Assembly: GCA_964545245.1 (NCBI GenBank)
Contig: CAZJFC010000004.1
Location: 1-56,720, forward strand
Origin: an uncultured Rickettsiales bacterium
Lineage (GTDB): Bacteria; Pseudomonadota; Alphaproteobacteria; Rickettsiales; 21-14-0-20-44-7
Direction: 5' to 3'
Length of the DNA: 56,720 nucleotides
Part shown: positions 1 to 15,000 of the stretch, in pieces
How positions within the stretch are numbered: position 1 is the first letter of the stretch
Layout of the letters: every line of letters begins with the position of its first letter
Notes under the pieces: generated by a model
What the model was told of the DNA's origin: nothing
Databases searched by the model: none
The model's input: only the letters and a program-made list of their open reading frames with translations
Translations under genes and position numbers: made by a program

Positions 1-3000
1 CAGGATGATGTCTGAAGCACCGATCGTCCTTGCGAATATGCTGTTGGCGGTAACTGCAGCAAGGGTGATGTTGGCGCCGTCATGCGTCACTGCGCTGAAA
101 TCGTTATCGTCGAGGTCCTGCGCGCCGGTGAGCGTGATATCACCACTGCCGCTGACAAGGTATACATCCGAACCCCAGTTGCTATACGCGCCAATATTGA
201 TATCGCCCTCGCCATCCTCTCGGCCTATGTTCAGCGTACCCGTGGTGATGCTGTCGAGGATACCGGTTGTTAACTCAAGACCGCCAACCCCACCAGCCAC
301 ATTGATCGCTGTCTCCGCCGTGCGCGGAGTAAAGGTTACAGAACCGGTAGAAGCCGTCCCGATTGCGGCAGTATCGGAAATGATCCCGATATTATCGGCA
401 TTGAAGATGATATTATTCGTACCGCCGCCGCCGATAACATTGTGCCCGGTCTCAAACGCTATATCGCGGCTGTTAGCGCCGCTGCCTTTGGTGCCGGTGA
501 TGGTTATATCACCGTCATCGGTTGAGATGACGCTTGCGCTGTCACTGATATAAACACCGTGGTTCTTGCTGCCGCCGGTAGAAGTACCGATACCCGTAAT
601 ATTGATATCACCGGACGCACTCTCGATCTGGCCTTTGATCCAAACACCGATATTATTGTTGCCGGTCGCTTCACTGCCGCCGGTGCCTTTGATCTCGATT
701 TTGCCAGTACCGCCGGCTTTGATCACGCCGCCAGTAAGTATGGCTGAGGAACCACCATTTTTGCTTTGCGTGCTTTCAAGGATAATATCACCATTTGCAG
801 TGCTGATATCGCTGCCGGTCAGATAAATACGTTTATCTGTGTTCTTAATGATAATATCGCCATCACCACCTGCATGGAATTTGCCGGTGTTATCTGTATT
901 GAATCCATTAGTAGTGGTTATCTCGATATTACCGCCGGTAGTGCTGATCTCATTATTTGCGCCGGAGTTGGTAAAGAAGCCGGTATTACCACCATATGCC
1001 TTGATTTTTATATCACCCTGCTCACTTTTGATCATGCCGTTGCTGACCAGATGGACACCAAAATAACTTCCAGAAGAACCATCTATTATTACATCCGCAC
1101 CGCCAAGCGCCTGAATTGTTCTATTACCAACCCTGACACCAGGAGACAAGGTAGATTCACCTTTAATCTCAATATCACCATGACTGGTGATAGTCTGCCC
1201 AGCACGGACACCGTCTGAACTCGCACCAGTTCCGCCTATACCTTCAATGCTCAATTTCCCGGTGTTATTTTCAATCAGGCTGGTTGTTCCATTCAAGTGG
1301 ACACCATGATTCTCTTTTCCCAGCGCGCTTTCGCTACCCTGACCGAAAATAATTATATCCTCACCACTTAAGGAAGAAATCACCCCGTTAGACGTGCGGA
1401 AACCAATGTTGTTGTCACCTGTACCATATGAAGTGCCGGATAATTTGATCTTGCCGCTATTTGCTCCCGCCTCAATCCTGCCGCTAATATTTATACCGTA
1501 ATTATTATCCGTTCCCGCACCGCTATGGCCTTCAAGCGTGATGCTGCCGGTGCCGTTATTGACGATCCTGGCGGTGCTTAGTATACCCGTACCGTTGATG
1601 CCTCCGCCCTTGCCCTCAATCTCAATATCGCCGCCGGTCTGGACGAGGGAGGTCACACCTTGCAGGTAAATCCCGCTGTTATTAGAGCCCGCCATGTTCT
1701 GCCCACCGGTGCCGTTGAGCGTGATTTTGCCGGTATTGCTGGTTATCTTGTTCGTACCGGTGTTGGAAAGGTAGATACCATTATTGTTGCCGCCATCACC
1801 AGCCCCGCCGGTGCCCATCACCTTTATTTCACCGCTATCACTTTCGATTGCCGATGTACCCGTCAGGAATACGCCATATGCACTACCGCCTGTATCATAG
1901 CCTTCGCCATTAACCAAAACCGTACCTGCGCCGGATATGAGTTTTGAAGCACTAAGCTTAATACCCTCAATGTTACCAGCCCAACCCATAGCCGCCTTGC
2001 TTTCCGGCGCATCGCCGCCGCCCAGCGTAATGTCGCCGCCGTTGGTGGTTATGGTTGCGCCGGTCATGGCTATGCGGCCACCATCGATTTCGTCACTGTC
2101 AGAGTTGAGGATTACATCCAGCTTATTGTTGTTCGAGGTTATATCCGCATTAACCAACACGTTGCGCTTCGCTTTCAGCCACAGCTCCGCATCATCGCCC
2201 GTGGTTTTATCGATTTTGGCGTTGACGATAACGTCCTGTTCTGCATCGGCAAGGAAATTGCCACCGATATCGAGCGCAGATGCGATGGTGATATCATTGC
2301 CGCTGAGGAATGTCAGGTCGCTTGCCCATGAGGCGAGGTTGGAGGTTAGGGCGCCCGCCTTGGTTGAGCCGATAATCAAATGGCCAGTTGTGATTGCGTT
2401 AGTCAGATCAGTGCCATAAACCACATCCGCAGCACCGCTTGTTACCGCAACCGTTTTACCGTCGGTACGTGGGCGAATAGTGACAGAGCCAGCATCATTC
2501 GTCTGGATAACCGTGCCGGCAATTGAGTAATCATCCATGTTAAGGATAACGTTATTTGCCTTGGCTATATTACCAATAATATTACCAGTACCATCAGCAA
2601 AGATATCATAGCTGTCCGCACCTGCACCTTTGATACCTGTAAGTTCAATGGTGCTGCTATCGGATGATGTAATCTTAGCGCCACCAGATAAATGGATACC
2701 ATGAGTACCACTTGCCCCGGCATTACTACCACCTGTACCAGTCAGTTTTATATAACCACTGACCGACTCTACTATACCTTTAGAACCAACATAGACACCT
2801 ACGTTCGCAGTTTCGTCGCCAGCGCCGCCTATACCAATAATGGTAATATCGCCACTATTGCTACTGACTTTGTTGCCTGTAGTACCGTGGCTGGAGAAAG
2901 TAATCCCTCCATTACTGCTGCTTGTGGTGGCATGGCTGGTTCCCGTAATTACTATATTACCTTCATCAGAAATAATCTGGCCATCACCTTTTATAAATAA

Positions 3001-6000
3001 CCCATGTGCCTGATTTCCAACAGCTTCACTTTCTGCCGTGATCTCAATAGAACCGGTACCTGTGGCTTTTATAGTTCCACCTTCAATGAAGACACCCTGG
3101 CCGTTACTACCTCCGCCACTCTTACCTTCAATCTCAATATTACCGCCGCTCTGGACCAATGAACCAACATTCAGGTGAACACCATGGTGGGCACTGCCAC
3201 TGATATTGGTGCCGCCAAACCCTGCTAATTTGATACTGCCGGTATCACTGATAATCTTATTGTCTCCGGTACCGGTTAGGTGAATACCCCTGTTATTGCC
3301 ACCTGAACCGCCGCCGCCGGTGCCTTCTATCTCAATGCTGCCGCTGCCGCTCTCGATTTTGCCACTGTTATCTAAAACAACACCGTAATTGCCTGATGCA
3401 TTGCCGTTGCCGCCCTGGCCGGTAATTTTAATAGCACCATCGCCGGTAGTTTTTACAGTGCCACCGGTAATATAAACGCCCTGACCAGTACCGGCAATGC
3501 TGCCAGCACCCTCAATTTCAATATCGCCTTCAGTCTGGACAAGGGAACCGGCTTTCAGATATACCCCAAGGTTACCAGAGCCGGACGCATTATTGCCACC
3601 GTTGCCAGTCAGCATAATCTTGCCGGTATTGCTGGTGATTTTGTTGGTACCTGTATCAGAGAGGTAGATACCATAGTTGCTGCCGCCCGTTCCACCGCCG
3701 CCTGTGCCGGTTATCTCAATTTCACCGCTATCGCTTTTGATAACGCCATCATTATTTAGAATAACACCATAGTTTTTGGTGCCGTTACCGTTGCCGCCAG
3801 TGCCGTTAAGGGTTATCTTGCCGCCGGTTGATTCGACCGTAGAGCCATCCGCTATGCCAATACCATACCTTGAATTACCATCATCATCGTTATAGCCAAC
3901 ACCGGTAATCGTAATATCCCCATCGCCTGAAAGAATCTTTGAAGCGGCATTAAGTCGCACACCGTAGTTATAGCTGCTACACCCCTCTCCATTAACCAAG
4001 ATGTCGCCACCGTTGGAATCAATATATGCGCCCTCTATCCTTGCATGCCCACCGTCCAGATTGTTGGCGTCACCATTCAGTTCTATATTCAGCTTATTAT
4101 GGGTGGATTTAATAGTGCCGGTCACCGCAATACCAGTATCCGCGCGCAAAATAAGGTCGGCGTCATCGCCGGAATCCTTGACTATATTACCGTTCACTAC
4201 GATATTACTTCCCGACAGTGCAGTCAGGTTGCCACCGATTTTGAATTCAACTCCTTCAAAGTTTATGCTGTTTCCAAGGAATGTGAGGTCGTTCAGCCAT
4301 GTATATGAGCCGATCATTATCTTTCCTGCCTTGCTGCTGCCGAATACCAGATGGCTCCAGTCAGTGCTGATTTTATCCAATTCGGTAGCATCAACTTTAA
4401 ACACCCCGGATCCGCTGGCATAACCGATCGTTTTACCATCGGTATATGGTTTAAGGGTCAGGGTTCCGGTACCGTCGATAGCGTCATTGATGGTTATAGC
4501 ATCGGAAGTGAGGGTAATGTTACCATCATTCACCGCCGTGAGCTTGTTGGAGGTTATCGTATTGCCTGAGCCGGTGACGGTAATGTAGATATTCTCCGCC
4601 TGCATCATTGGCAGCAGCAGGCTGTTGACAGCGGTAACGTCGATAGTGCCTAAATCTCCGTCTACATAACCCATCCACGCACCGTTAAAATTGATCGTAT
4701 CGGTGGCTGCGATGATCGAAGCCCCGGCTCCGCCGCCCGGATTGCCCGCCAGATCGGCGCTTGTCGTGATATAACCACCGAAAGTTAGCGTTCCACCGGC
4801 GGTGAAGGTATTGGTGTCACTGCTGCGCGTCCTTATATTGCCATTCAGGTTGATGTCCGTCAGGCTGCTGACATCAGTTCCTATGAGCATTATATGGCTG
4901 GCAGCACCGGTAGTGAAGTTTACTGAGGCATCATCCAGCCCCGCTATGCTATTGAAAAGATATATGTTAGTGCCAATACCATAGAAAGGATCATAGAAAG
5001 TTACGTCACCAATGAACATTCCTGCGGTTGACTGGCCAATATTTATTTTACCCCAGCCATCCTGGATTTTGGATATTTCTGCAGTATTAAGTTGAAGCCC
5101 GCCGCCGCCATAATTGATCCTCGTCTGCCTGAGGGAATCATATGGTCTGAGCGTGATCTCGCCACCGTCTCCGGTGAGGTTGGCGTTGATTCCCATGTCG
5201 TCGGCGGTCATGGTCAGGTCGCTGCCGGTGCCAACAGTCACGGCATCATTGATATTGATGAATTTGCCCGCACCGCTGCTAGTCATGACAAAATCGCCAT
5301 CCACCTCTATCGCGCTGGCGATGGTGATATTGTCGTTGCTGAGATAGGTTAGATTGCTACCCCACTCAGCAAGGTTGGAGGTCAACGCCCCAGCCTTGCT
5401 TGAACCGATAATCAGGTTGCCGGTGGTAACTTTACTCAGCAGGGCGGTGCTGTAGAGGATATCCGCCGCGCCGCTGCCGACGGCGATGGTTTTGCTGTCC
5501 GTATATGGACGGAAGGTGACGGAGCCATCAGCGGAGGTGTTTATCGAGGCAGGCACGCCTGTATAGGAATCAAAGATAAGCTCAATATCACTGTCCGAGC
5601 TCACATCACCGATGATGTCGCTAGCACTTACCGAGAAGGCCGGGCTGTTGGGGCTGATGGCAGTTACCGTGATGTCACCTCCACCGGTGCTGGTTATCTT
5701 GTTGACGCCGGTGCTCATACCGACACCATAGTTCGCTCCCGGCGCGAAGCCGCCGCCGGTACCGGTAATGGTGATGTCACCCTCATCCGTGAAGATGTTG
5801 CTGGTATTATATACGTACACGCCTATATTGAATTTATCGGTGCTGGCCGCGCTGCCGATACCTTCCATCCTGATATTGCCGGTGGATTCGGTCTTGACCG
5901 TGCCGGTGTTCATCAATATGCCGTAATTGCCCGTAACTAATGATGAATCGCCCACAGCCGTGGATTTTCCGTAAATATCAATATCACCACCGTCAGTGGT

Positions 6001-9000
6001 CAGGATATTGCCGGTGATGTTAACGCCATTATTGCCGTGAGTGCCGGTGCCGCCCTCACCATATATGGTGATCTTGCCGGTAGTACTTTCGACCTTTCCT
6101 CCCCCGGTGATGCCAACGCCAACGTTAGAAGTGGTGGTTCCCTGCTTGCTGCCATAACCCTTGATCACTATCTCGCCGGTAGTTTTTACCTTAGCGCTAG
6201 AGAGCAAAACACCATAACCAGTTGTGTTACCACCACTTTCACCTTCAATATCTATATCGCCACCAGTCTGGACAAGTGAATTAGTGTGGAGAATTATGCC
6301 ATAATTGCTAGAACCTGCTGCGTTCTGCCCACCAGTGCCCTTGAGCATAATCTTGCCGGTATTGCTGGTGATCTTGTTGGTACCCGCGTCGGTGAGATAA
6401 ATACCGCGATTGTTTCCACCCGCGCCGGTACCACCGGTGCCGGTTACCTCGATATTGCCGGTATCGCTTTCTATTACACCGCTATTACTCTGTACAACGC
6501 CATAATTATGCGCGCCCGATCCATTACCTCCTTCACCGGTTACTTCTATTTCGCCGGAGTCAGTAACTTTGACTGTCGCCGCATTAATATAAACGCCATA
6601 ACCATATGCATTACCGCCGCCTTTACCTTCCATCTCAATATTACCGCCGGTTTGGACAAGTGAACCCGTATAAAGGTAAACACCATAGTTATTATCGCCC
6701 GCCGCATTCTGCCCACCGGTGCCGTTGAGAGTGATTTTGCCGCTGGTGCTGGTAATCTTGTTGGCGCTGTTATTGAGGTATATCCCATAATTCAATCCAT
6801 TAGTGCCGGAACCACCGATACCGGTAATGTCTATCTCACCGCTGTCGCTCTTTATCTGGCCTGCGGCTGCCATTACGATACCGTAATTACCGAATACCTC
6901 GACTATGCTGCCATCACCACCGGTTCCATGCACCTTTATATTGCCGCTGCCTTTCGCCTGGATAGTGCCGCCCTCGATCCTTACGCCGCTACTTTGTTTT
7001 CCGCCGCCGCCCTTGCCTTCGATATCTATATTTCCACCAGTCTGTATCAGCGCGCCAGCCTTGACCCAAAGCCCGCTATTTCCCGCCCCGGAGAGACTGC
7101 TTCCACCATATGCCTTAATATTGATATTGCCGCTACCGCTTACAACCTTGTTTCCGCCGCTATCCGAGAGAACAACACCATAATTACCTCCACCATCTCC
7201 TGCCCCGCCAGTTCCGAATATATCTATTTGGCCGGTTGCGGTTTCAATTACACCGGAATTAACAAGCGCAATGCCATATTTATTTGCGTTGTTACCATCA
7301 CTGCCTTCGCCATTTATCTTAATTTTGCCGGTGCCGGTGGTTTTTACTGTGGCACCATCAATCCTTACGCCCTGCACAGAGGCTGCACCGCCGCCCTTGC
7401 CGAGGATTTCAATATCCCCACCGGTTTGCACCAGTGAATTTGTATGCAACATTACACCGCTCGTATTAGCGGTTGCCGAGCTGTTTCCCTCACCATCCAG
7501 CTTAATGTTGCCGGTATTACTGATTATCTTATTTACGCCCGTGCCAGTCAGTATTATGCCATGTGAGGTACCTGTCGAAGCCGGGTCACCAACACCAGTA
7601 AGAGTTATGTTACCAGAATCTGATTCAATAGTTGAACCGTCATGAAGGCGTATTGCCTGCGGTGTTCCACCACCTGTATAACTAGCACCGGTTAAAGTAA
7701 TGTTTCCCACACCTGATGAAAGTTTTGAGCCGGTAGTCAAGTGTATGCCAACAGTGCTTCCGGACTTGCCCTTAGCCGCCTTGTTTTCAGGGTCATCACC
7801 GCCGCCGAGGATGATGTTACCACCGCCGGAATCAACAACAGCACTGGTAAGGACAATCGCGCCGCCGTCTGTTTCATCAGTATCGGAGTTGAAGATTATG
7901 TCGCCGCCACTGCCGGTGACGTTGTGGTTCACAAGAACATTACCCGCCGCCGCTAATATGATTTCTCCACCATTGACGGAAGTAAGCTTGTTACCGGTCG
8001 TAATCCCCTGATCCGCTCCGGTAACAGTAATATAAATATTCTCCGCCTGCATTTCCGGCAGCGTGAGGGCATTTACCGAAATCAGGTCAATCGTACCAAG
8101 CTCGCCATAAGCCAGATCACCCTTCCATGCGCCGTTTAAGCTGATCGTATCCGCAGACGCAGTAATTGAGCCGCCTGCCCCACCTGTGCTCGTTGTTACT
8201 CCCTTGAACGATATGTTGCCGCCTGCATTGAATGTAATAATGCCACCGGTACGCATCAAAACAGTATTGTTAAGATTAATATCAGTAAGGCTGCTGATGT
8301 TAGCGCCACCGTATGCGTTTATTACACCATCGAATGTAAGGGATGCATCATCCAGCCCAGTAACATCTCCTTTGAGGTAAACCGGTCTTTTTACAAGTAG
8401 CGGGTCATACCATGTACTCTCTCCCAAATGAACATTGCCACCCCCGTATCCAATCCTGATCTGCCCCCAGCCGTTCTGGATCCTTGCCAGTTCATCAGTA
8501 TCAATCTGCATACCGTCACCGGCGCTGTTAACGCGGGTGGCCAATGAATTATAGGTTCCAAGCCATAATCTACCGCCAGTTCCGGAAAGGTTGCCGTCGA
8601 TTTTGATGTCATCGGCAACCAGAGTGAGGTCTTTGTTGTTGCCGACTGAAATATCATCGTTGATATTAATGAACTTCTCTGCGCCACTGCTGGTCAGGGC
8701 AAAGTCGCCACCAACATCAATCGCGCTGTCGATATTGATATTATCACCGCTTAAATATGTAAGGTTGGTTCCCCATGAGGCGAGGTTGGAAGTAAGTGCG
8801 CCGGCCTTGCTGCTGCCGACAATTAGGTTGCCGGTGGTTATCTGGTCAAGCAACCCGCTGGTAACATCTAAATCCCCGCCACCGCCATTGACGCTGACCG
8901 TCTTACCATCCGTGCGCGGGCGGATGGTTACGGAACCTTCGTCACTGGTTTGAATGGCAATATCGCTTAATGAATGATTATCCGCATTAAGGATGATATT

Positions 9001-12000
9001 ATTTGCACTGTTTATATCGCCTATAACATTACTGCCCTCTGATGAGTAAATATCATAGCTGCCAACTGCCGCACCTCTTGTACCAGTCAACTCGATAGTG
9101 CCTTCACCATAGGCCAGCACCTTACCGCCATTGTTAAACTGTATTCCATGCCATCCGTTTGGGCCTGAACCACCGATACCGTTCAATTTTATATTGCCAT
9201 CAACAGTATCAATTGTACCAGCTGAACCAATATATATGCCTATAGAATTACTGCCGCCACCGCCGGTACCAGTAACAATTATATCCCCGCTGTTGCTGGT
9301 GATTCTGTTATCCGTGCCTGATGTCCCAGAAAGAACAACCCCCATATTGCCACTGTTGGTACCAGCCCCGGCGGTACCAATTATCTCTATTTTGCCGCTG
9401 TCACTCTCAACCTTACCATTACTAGAAAGCATTACGCCACGGTTATTGTTACCGGCACCGTCACTAACAACACCGGTAATCTTAATTTCACCGGTTCCGG
9501 TAGCCTCGACAGTTGCCTTCCTTATAAAGACACCATGGCTACCGCTTCCGCTGCCACCGCCTTTACCCTCAATCTCGATATTACCACCGGTTTGCACGAG
9601 CGAATTGGAATTGAGATAAACACCGCTGTTATTTTCTCCGCTTACATTTTGCCCGGCAGTGCCCTTGAGAGTAATTTTGCCGGTATTGCTGATGATTTTG
9701 TTTATTCCGGTACCAGAGAGGTATATACCCGAATTATGAGTTGTCCCAGTTCCGCTACCACCGGTTCCGGTAACCGCGATTGCACCGCTATCGCTTTCTA
9801 TCACACCGCTGTTATTAAGATATACACCATAATTGTCAGAGCCTGCACCGTTGCTTCCTTCGCCTGTAATCTTAATGCTGCCCGTACCCGTAGCTTTGAC
9901 GGAACTGCCTTCGATGTATACACCGGAACCATTGTTATTGCCGCCGCCCTTGCCTTCAATCTCTATATTATCGGCTGTTTCAACAAATGAGTTAGTATAC
10001 AGATAAACACCATAGTTATTATCGCCCGCTGCATTCTGGCCACCGGTGCCTTTCAGCGTTATTGCGCCAGTATTGCTTATGATTTTATTTGTGCCGCTGT
10101 TGGAAAGATAAATACCATGATTTGAGCCGCCACTGTCACCGCCACCGGTGCCGGTTATTTCGATTTTACCGCTGTCACTCTCGATTATGCCGCTATCGTT
10201 GAGATATATACCATAATTTTTCGCCCCGGTACCAGCCCCGCCGGTGCCGGTAATTTTAACTTCGCCGGTACCGGCGGTTTTAATGGTTGCTGCCTTGAGA
10301 TACACACCATATCCGTTTGCATTGCCGCTAATGCCCTCAATCTCGATATTTCCGCCGGTTTGGACTGACGAATTTGGTTGAATGCTAACGGCATGGATGC
10401 CTGAACCTGCCGTATTACTGGTGCCATACCCAATGAGTTTGATATTGCCGGTATTGCTGCTTATTTCGTTGGAACCGGAACCTCCAAGATAAACCCCCTG
10501 ATGCGAACCGCCGGCGCCGATACCGCCGGTTCCCTTCATCTCAATATCTCCGCTGTTGCTCTTGATTTTACCGCTGTTGTTGACGAAAATGCCATGGTTC
10601 CCACCCCCGGAGCCAGAACCGCCGGTGCCGGTAATTTCGATCTTGCCGCTGTCGCTTTCGATCACGCTGCTATTATTGAGATGTATACCATAATTACTCG
10701 CCCCGTCACCAGAGCCGCCCGTAGCGACGATCTTAACTTCGCCGCTTCCGGTGGTTTTGACAACCCCTCCGTTGAGGTAAACGCCATGCCCACCATTGTT
10801 TCCACCACCTTCACCTTCAATATCTATATTATCGGCTGTTTCAACAAATGAGTTAGTATACAGATAAACACCATAGTTATTATCGCCCGCTGCATTCTGG
10901 CCACCGGTGCCTTTCAGCGTTATTGCGCCAGTATTGCTTATGATTTTATTTGTGCCGCTGTTGGAAAGATAAATACCATGATTTGAGCCGCCACTGTCAC
11001 CGCCACCGGTGCCGGTTATTTCGATTTTACCGCTGTCACTCTCGATTATGCCGCTATTGGCGATGAAAACACCATAACCGCTGCCAGCTCCACCGGTGCC
11101 GGTTATTGTAATCTGTCCACTTCCGGTGGCTTTCACGGTAGCGCCATTGACCGATACCCCGCGAATGACAGATTGCCCGCCGCCTTCCCCCTCGATTTTG
11201 ATGTTACCACCGGTCTGAACCAATGAATTTGTATAAAGGTAAACACCATAATTGTATTCGCCTGCCGCATTCTGCCCGCCAGTGCCTTTCAGGATTATTT
11301 CACCCGTGTTGCTGGTGATTTTATTGGTTCCGGTATTGGAAAGCTGAATACCGGTATTGCTGCCACCAGTTCCACTTCCACCAGCGCCGGTTACCTCGAT
11401 GCTGCCGCTATCACTTGCGATTTTGCCGCCGTTATTAAGCAAAACACCATGATTACTGCTCGCCGTACCGCCGGAACCTTCACCATTAATCTTGACCGAA
11501 CCGGTTCCGGTTGCCTTAACAACCCCGCCATTCAGGACTACGCCAATGCCATTATTACCGGTTCCGCCAGCGATACCTTCAATATTGATATCTCCACCGG
11601 TCTGGACAAGTGAATTAGCACTGTTCAGGTACACGCCATAACCCTTGTTGGTACCGTTGCTACCACCATAACCTTTCAGCGTTATCGCCCCGGTATTGCT
11701 GGTAATTTTGTTTGTGCTACCTTGAGAAAGTACGACACCATAGTTCTCAGTACCATTCCCGGCTCCGCCTGTGCCTATGACTTCAATCGCCCCGCTGTCA
11801 CTCTCAATTGTACTGTTGTTGAACAGACGAACACCATATCTGACTCCGCCGGAACCATACCCTTCACCGGTAATCTTAATATCACCCGCACCGGAGCTAA
11901 GCTTTGAATTATCTAGGAGAATACCATAGGCATTAGCAGCATTACCTAGCGCCGTTTTATTCAGAGGGTCATCACCACCGCCGAGGATGATGTTGCCGCC

Positions 12001-15000
12001 GCCGGAATCAACAACCGCGTTGGTGAGGACAATTGCGCCGCCGTTGGTTTCATCAGTGTCGGAGTTGAAGATTATATCGCCGCCGGAGCCGGTAATGTTG
12101 TGGTTAACCAATACATCACCCGCCGCCGCGAGGGTAATTTCCCCACCATTTGTTGCAGTCAATAAACCGCCGGTGGTTATTGTGCTATCCGCACCAGTGG
12201 TAGTAATAAAAATATTGTCGGCAGTCATTTTCCTCAGCACGATGCTGTCTTCAGCAGTCAGGTTGATAGTTCCCAACTCGCCATAAGTTGCATGACCTTG
12301 CCATGTGTTGGTAAGGTTAATGGTTTTCGCGGTAGCATTCACTGAACCACCCACCGGGCCAATAGAATTAGCGTTATTATAGGTTCTGCTTACCGCCCCT
12401 ATCTTTAGCGTACCGCCAGCGTTGATAGTATAGGTTTCCCCGGCCCAATATACACCCAAAGAGCCGAAAGTAATATCAGTCAAACTACTGATGGAGCCTT
12501 TCCCCACTACAGAATAACCAAAGTTGAAGGACGCATCATCCAGCCCGACTATATCACCATATAAATAGCTGCTGCTACCACTAGTACTGAGCGGGTCATA
12601 CCATGTAACATCACCAAATACGTTATGCCCCCCATCCCTATGATCTAAATTAATTTTACCCCATCCGTTCTGGATATTGGCAACTTCCGGGGTACTGATT
12701 TGTATGGCTGCACCGGCATCCCTATTTATATATATGTGACGGTTATTGCTATAAGTCCTGAGTGTCAGCTCCCCGCCTGTGCCGAAGAGCTTGCCGTTGA
12801 TTTCAAGATCGTCGGCGGTGAGGGTAAGGTTCTGGTTATTCCCGACCGAAATATCATCATTGATATTGATGAATCTTTCTGCCCCGCTGCTGGTCAGGGT
12901 AAAATCACCATCCACATCTATCGCGCTGGCGATGGTGATATCATCACCGCTCAAATATGTAAGGTTGCTTCCCCACGACGCAAGGTTGGAGGTAAGCGCC
13001 CCGGCTTTCGACGAACCGATAATCAAATTACCGGTAGTGATGTTACCAATAAAATCGTTAGCAATATCAAGATCACCGCCGCCATTAATGCCAATCGTCC
13101 TGCCATCCGTGCGCGTGCGGATGGTGACCGAACCTTCGTCACTGGTCTGGATAACCGTACCGGCAATCGAATAATCATCCATGTTCAGGATAATATTATT
13201 CGCCTTCGTCACATCGCCTATTGTGATACCATTCCCGCTGGTACCGGTATAAATATCATAGCTATCCGCACCTTCACCCCTGGTTCCGGTAATTTCGATT
13301 ATACTGCCATCATCTACCAGTATAGAAGCGCCATTGCGAATCTCGACGCCATTATTATTGTCCGCACCTGTTCCTCCATAACCGGTGATCCTGATATCAC
13401 CACCGTCAGTGGATTTTATTACAGCATTAGTGTTTATGCGTACACCACCCCCACTACCTTCTTCAGATTCCAGCCCGCCGGTTCCGATAATGGTTATATC
13501 GCCCGCCTCACTTTCAACCTTACTGCCTGTGGTTATCAAAGTTCCGTAATTAGAAATGCCCTTACCATCTCCGCCCTCGCCGGTAAGCTTGATTTCACCC
13601 GTACCGGTGGTTTTTATCGTTCCGCCGTTCTCAACGGTAATGCCATATCCGTTCTTGCTGCCACCGGCAGTACCCTCAATTTCTATATTTCCGCCGGTCT
13701 GGATTAATGCATTGCTATGTACAAGCTGGACACCGTGGTTATATATATTAGTCACCTCCCTGTCCTCAATCGCGCCACCGTTGCCTGACAAATTAATATT
13801 ACCGCTGGTACTCTTAATATGACCTGCAGCAATACGAATACCTGTATTGCCGTTGCCTGCCTCGACACCACCCGTTCCGGTTACTTCAATCTTGCCGCTG
13901 TCGCTTTCAATCTTGCCGCTGTTGGTAAGGAAAACACCATAATTATTCGCACCGGAACCGCTGCTACCCTCACCGTCTATGGTAATTGTGCCGGTGCCGG
14001 TAGCTTTTACCGTAGAGCCGGCCATATAAACAGCCCATCCGTTTGTCTCCCCACCGCTGGTTCCGGCGATTTCGATATTGCCCCCGGTCTGGACAAGGGA
14101 GCCGGCATTGAGGTAAACACCATAATTGTCTGAAGCAGCAGCATCGCTGCCGCCGTAGCCTTTCAGCACTATCTTACCTGTATTGCTGGTAATTTTGGCG
14201 GCGCTGCCGCTGAGGAAAATACCGTAATTCGTGCCGCCCGCGCCGGAACCGCCTGTACCGGTTATTTCTACCTTACCGCTGGCGCTTTCGATTACGCCGC
14301 TGTTATTAAGATGTACGCCATAATTACCAGCCCCTGCACCGTTGCTTCCTTCGCCCGTAATTTTAATTTCGCCGGTTCCTGTTGTCTTGACAGTGCCGCC
14401 GCTTATGTACACGCCGTATCCATTTGCATTGCCGACACCCTTGCCTTCGATATCTATATTACCACCTGTCTGGATCAATGAATTGGTATTGAGGAAAAAA
14501 CCATAGTTATCTGAAGCAGTAGCCTTGTTACCAGCGTCACCTTTGAGTATTATCGCACCTGTATTGCTGGTGATTTTGTTGATGCCGATACTGGATAGAT
14601 GAATACCATACTTACCTCCAGCCCCGCCACCAGCCAAACCGGTAACTTCAATTTTACCGCTGTCACTTTCAATACTGCTGTCATCGGTAAGGGAAACCCC
14701 TGTTCCATTAACGCTTCCACCTTCACCGAATATCCTGATCTCGCCAGCGCCAGTCGCCCTTATAACCCCGCCTGTAAGCTGCAAGCCCCTGCCATGCGGG
14801 CCACTATATCCCCAAACCTCAATATCGCCTCCTGTTTCAACAAGAGAACCGGTGTCAAGGTCGATAGCACGGTTGCCGGAGCTGTTTGAATAGCTGCCGC
14901 CATAACCCACCAGCTTGATATTACCGCTGTTGCTGATAACCTTATTTGTTCCGGAACTATTAAAGTAGATACCCTTATTATTAGCACCTGAACCGTCACC

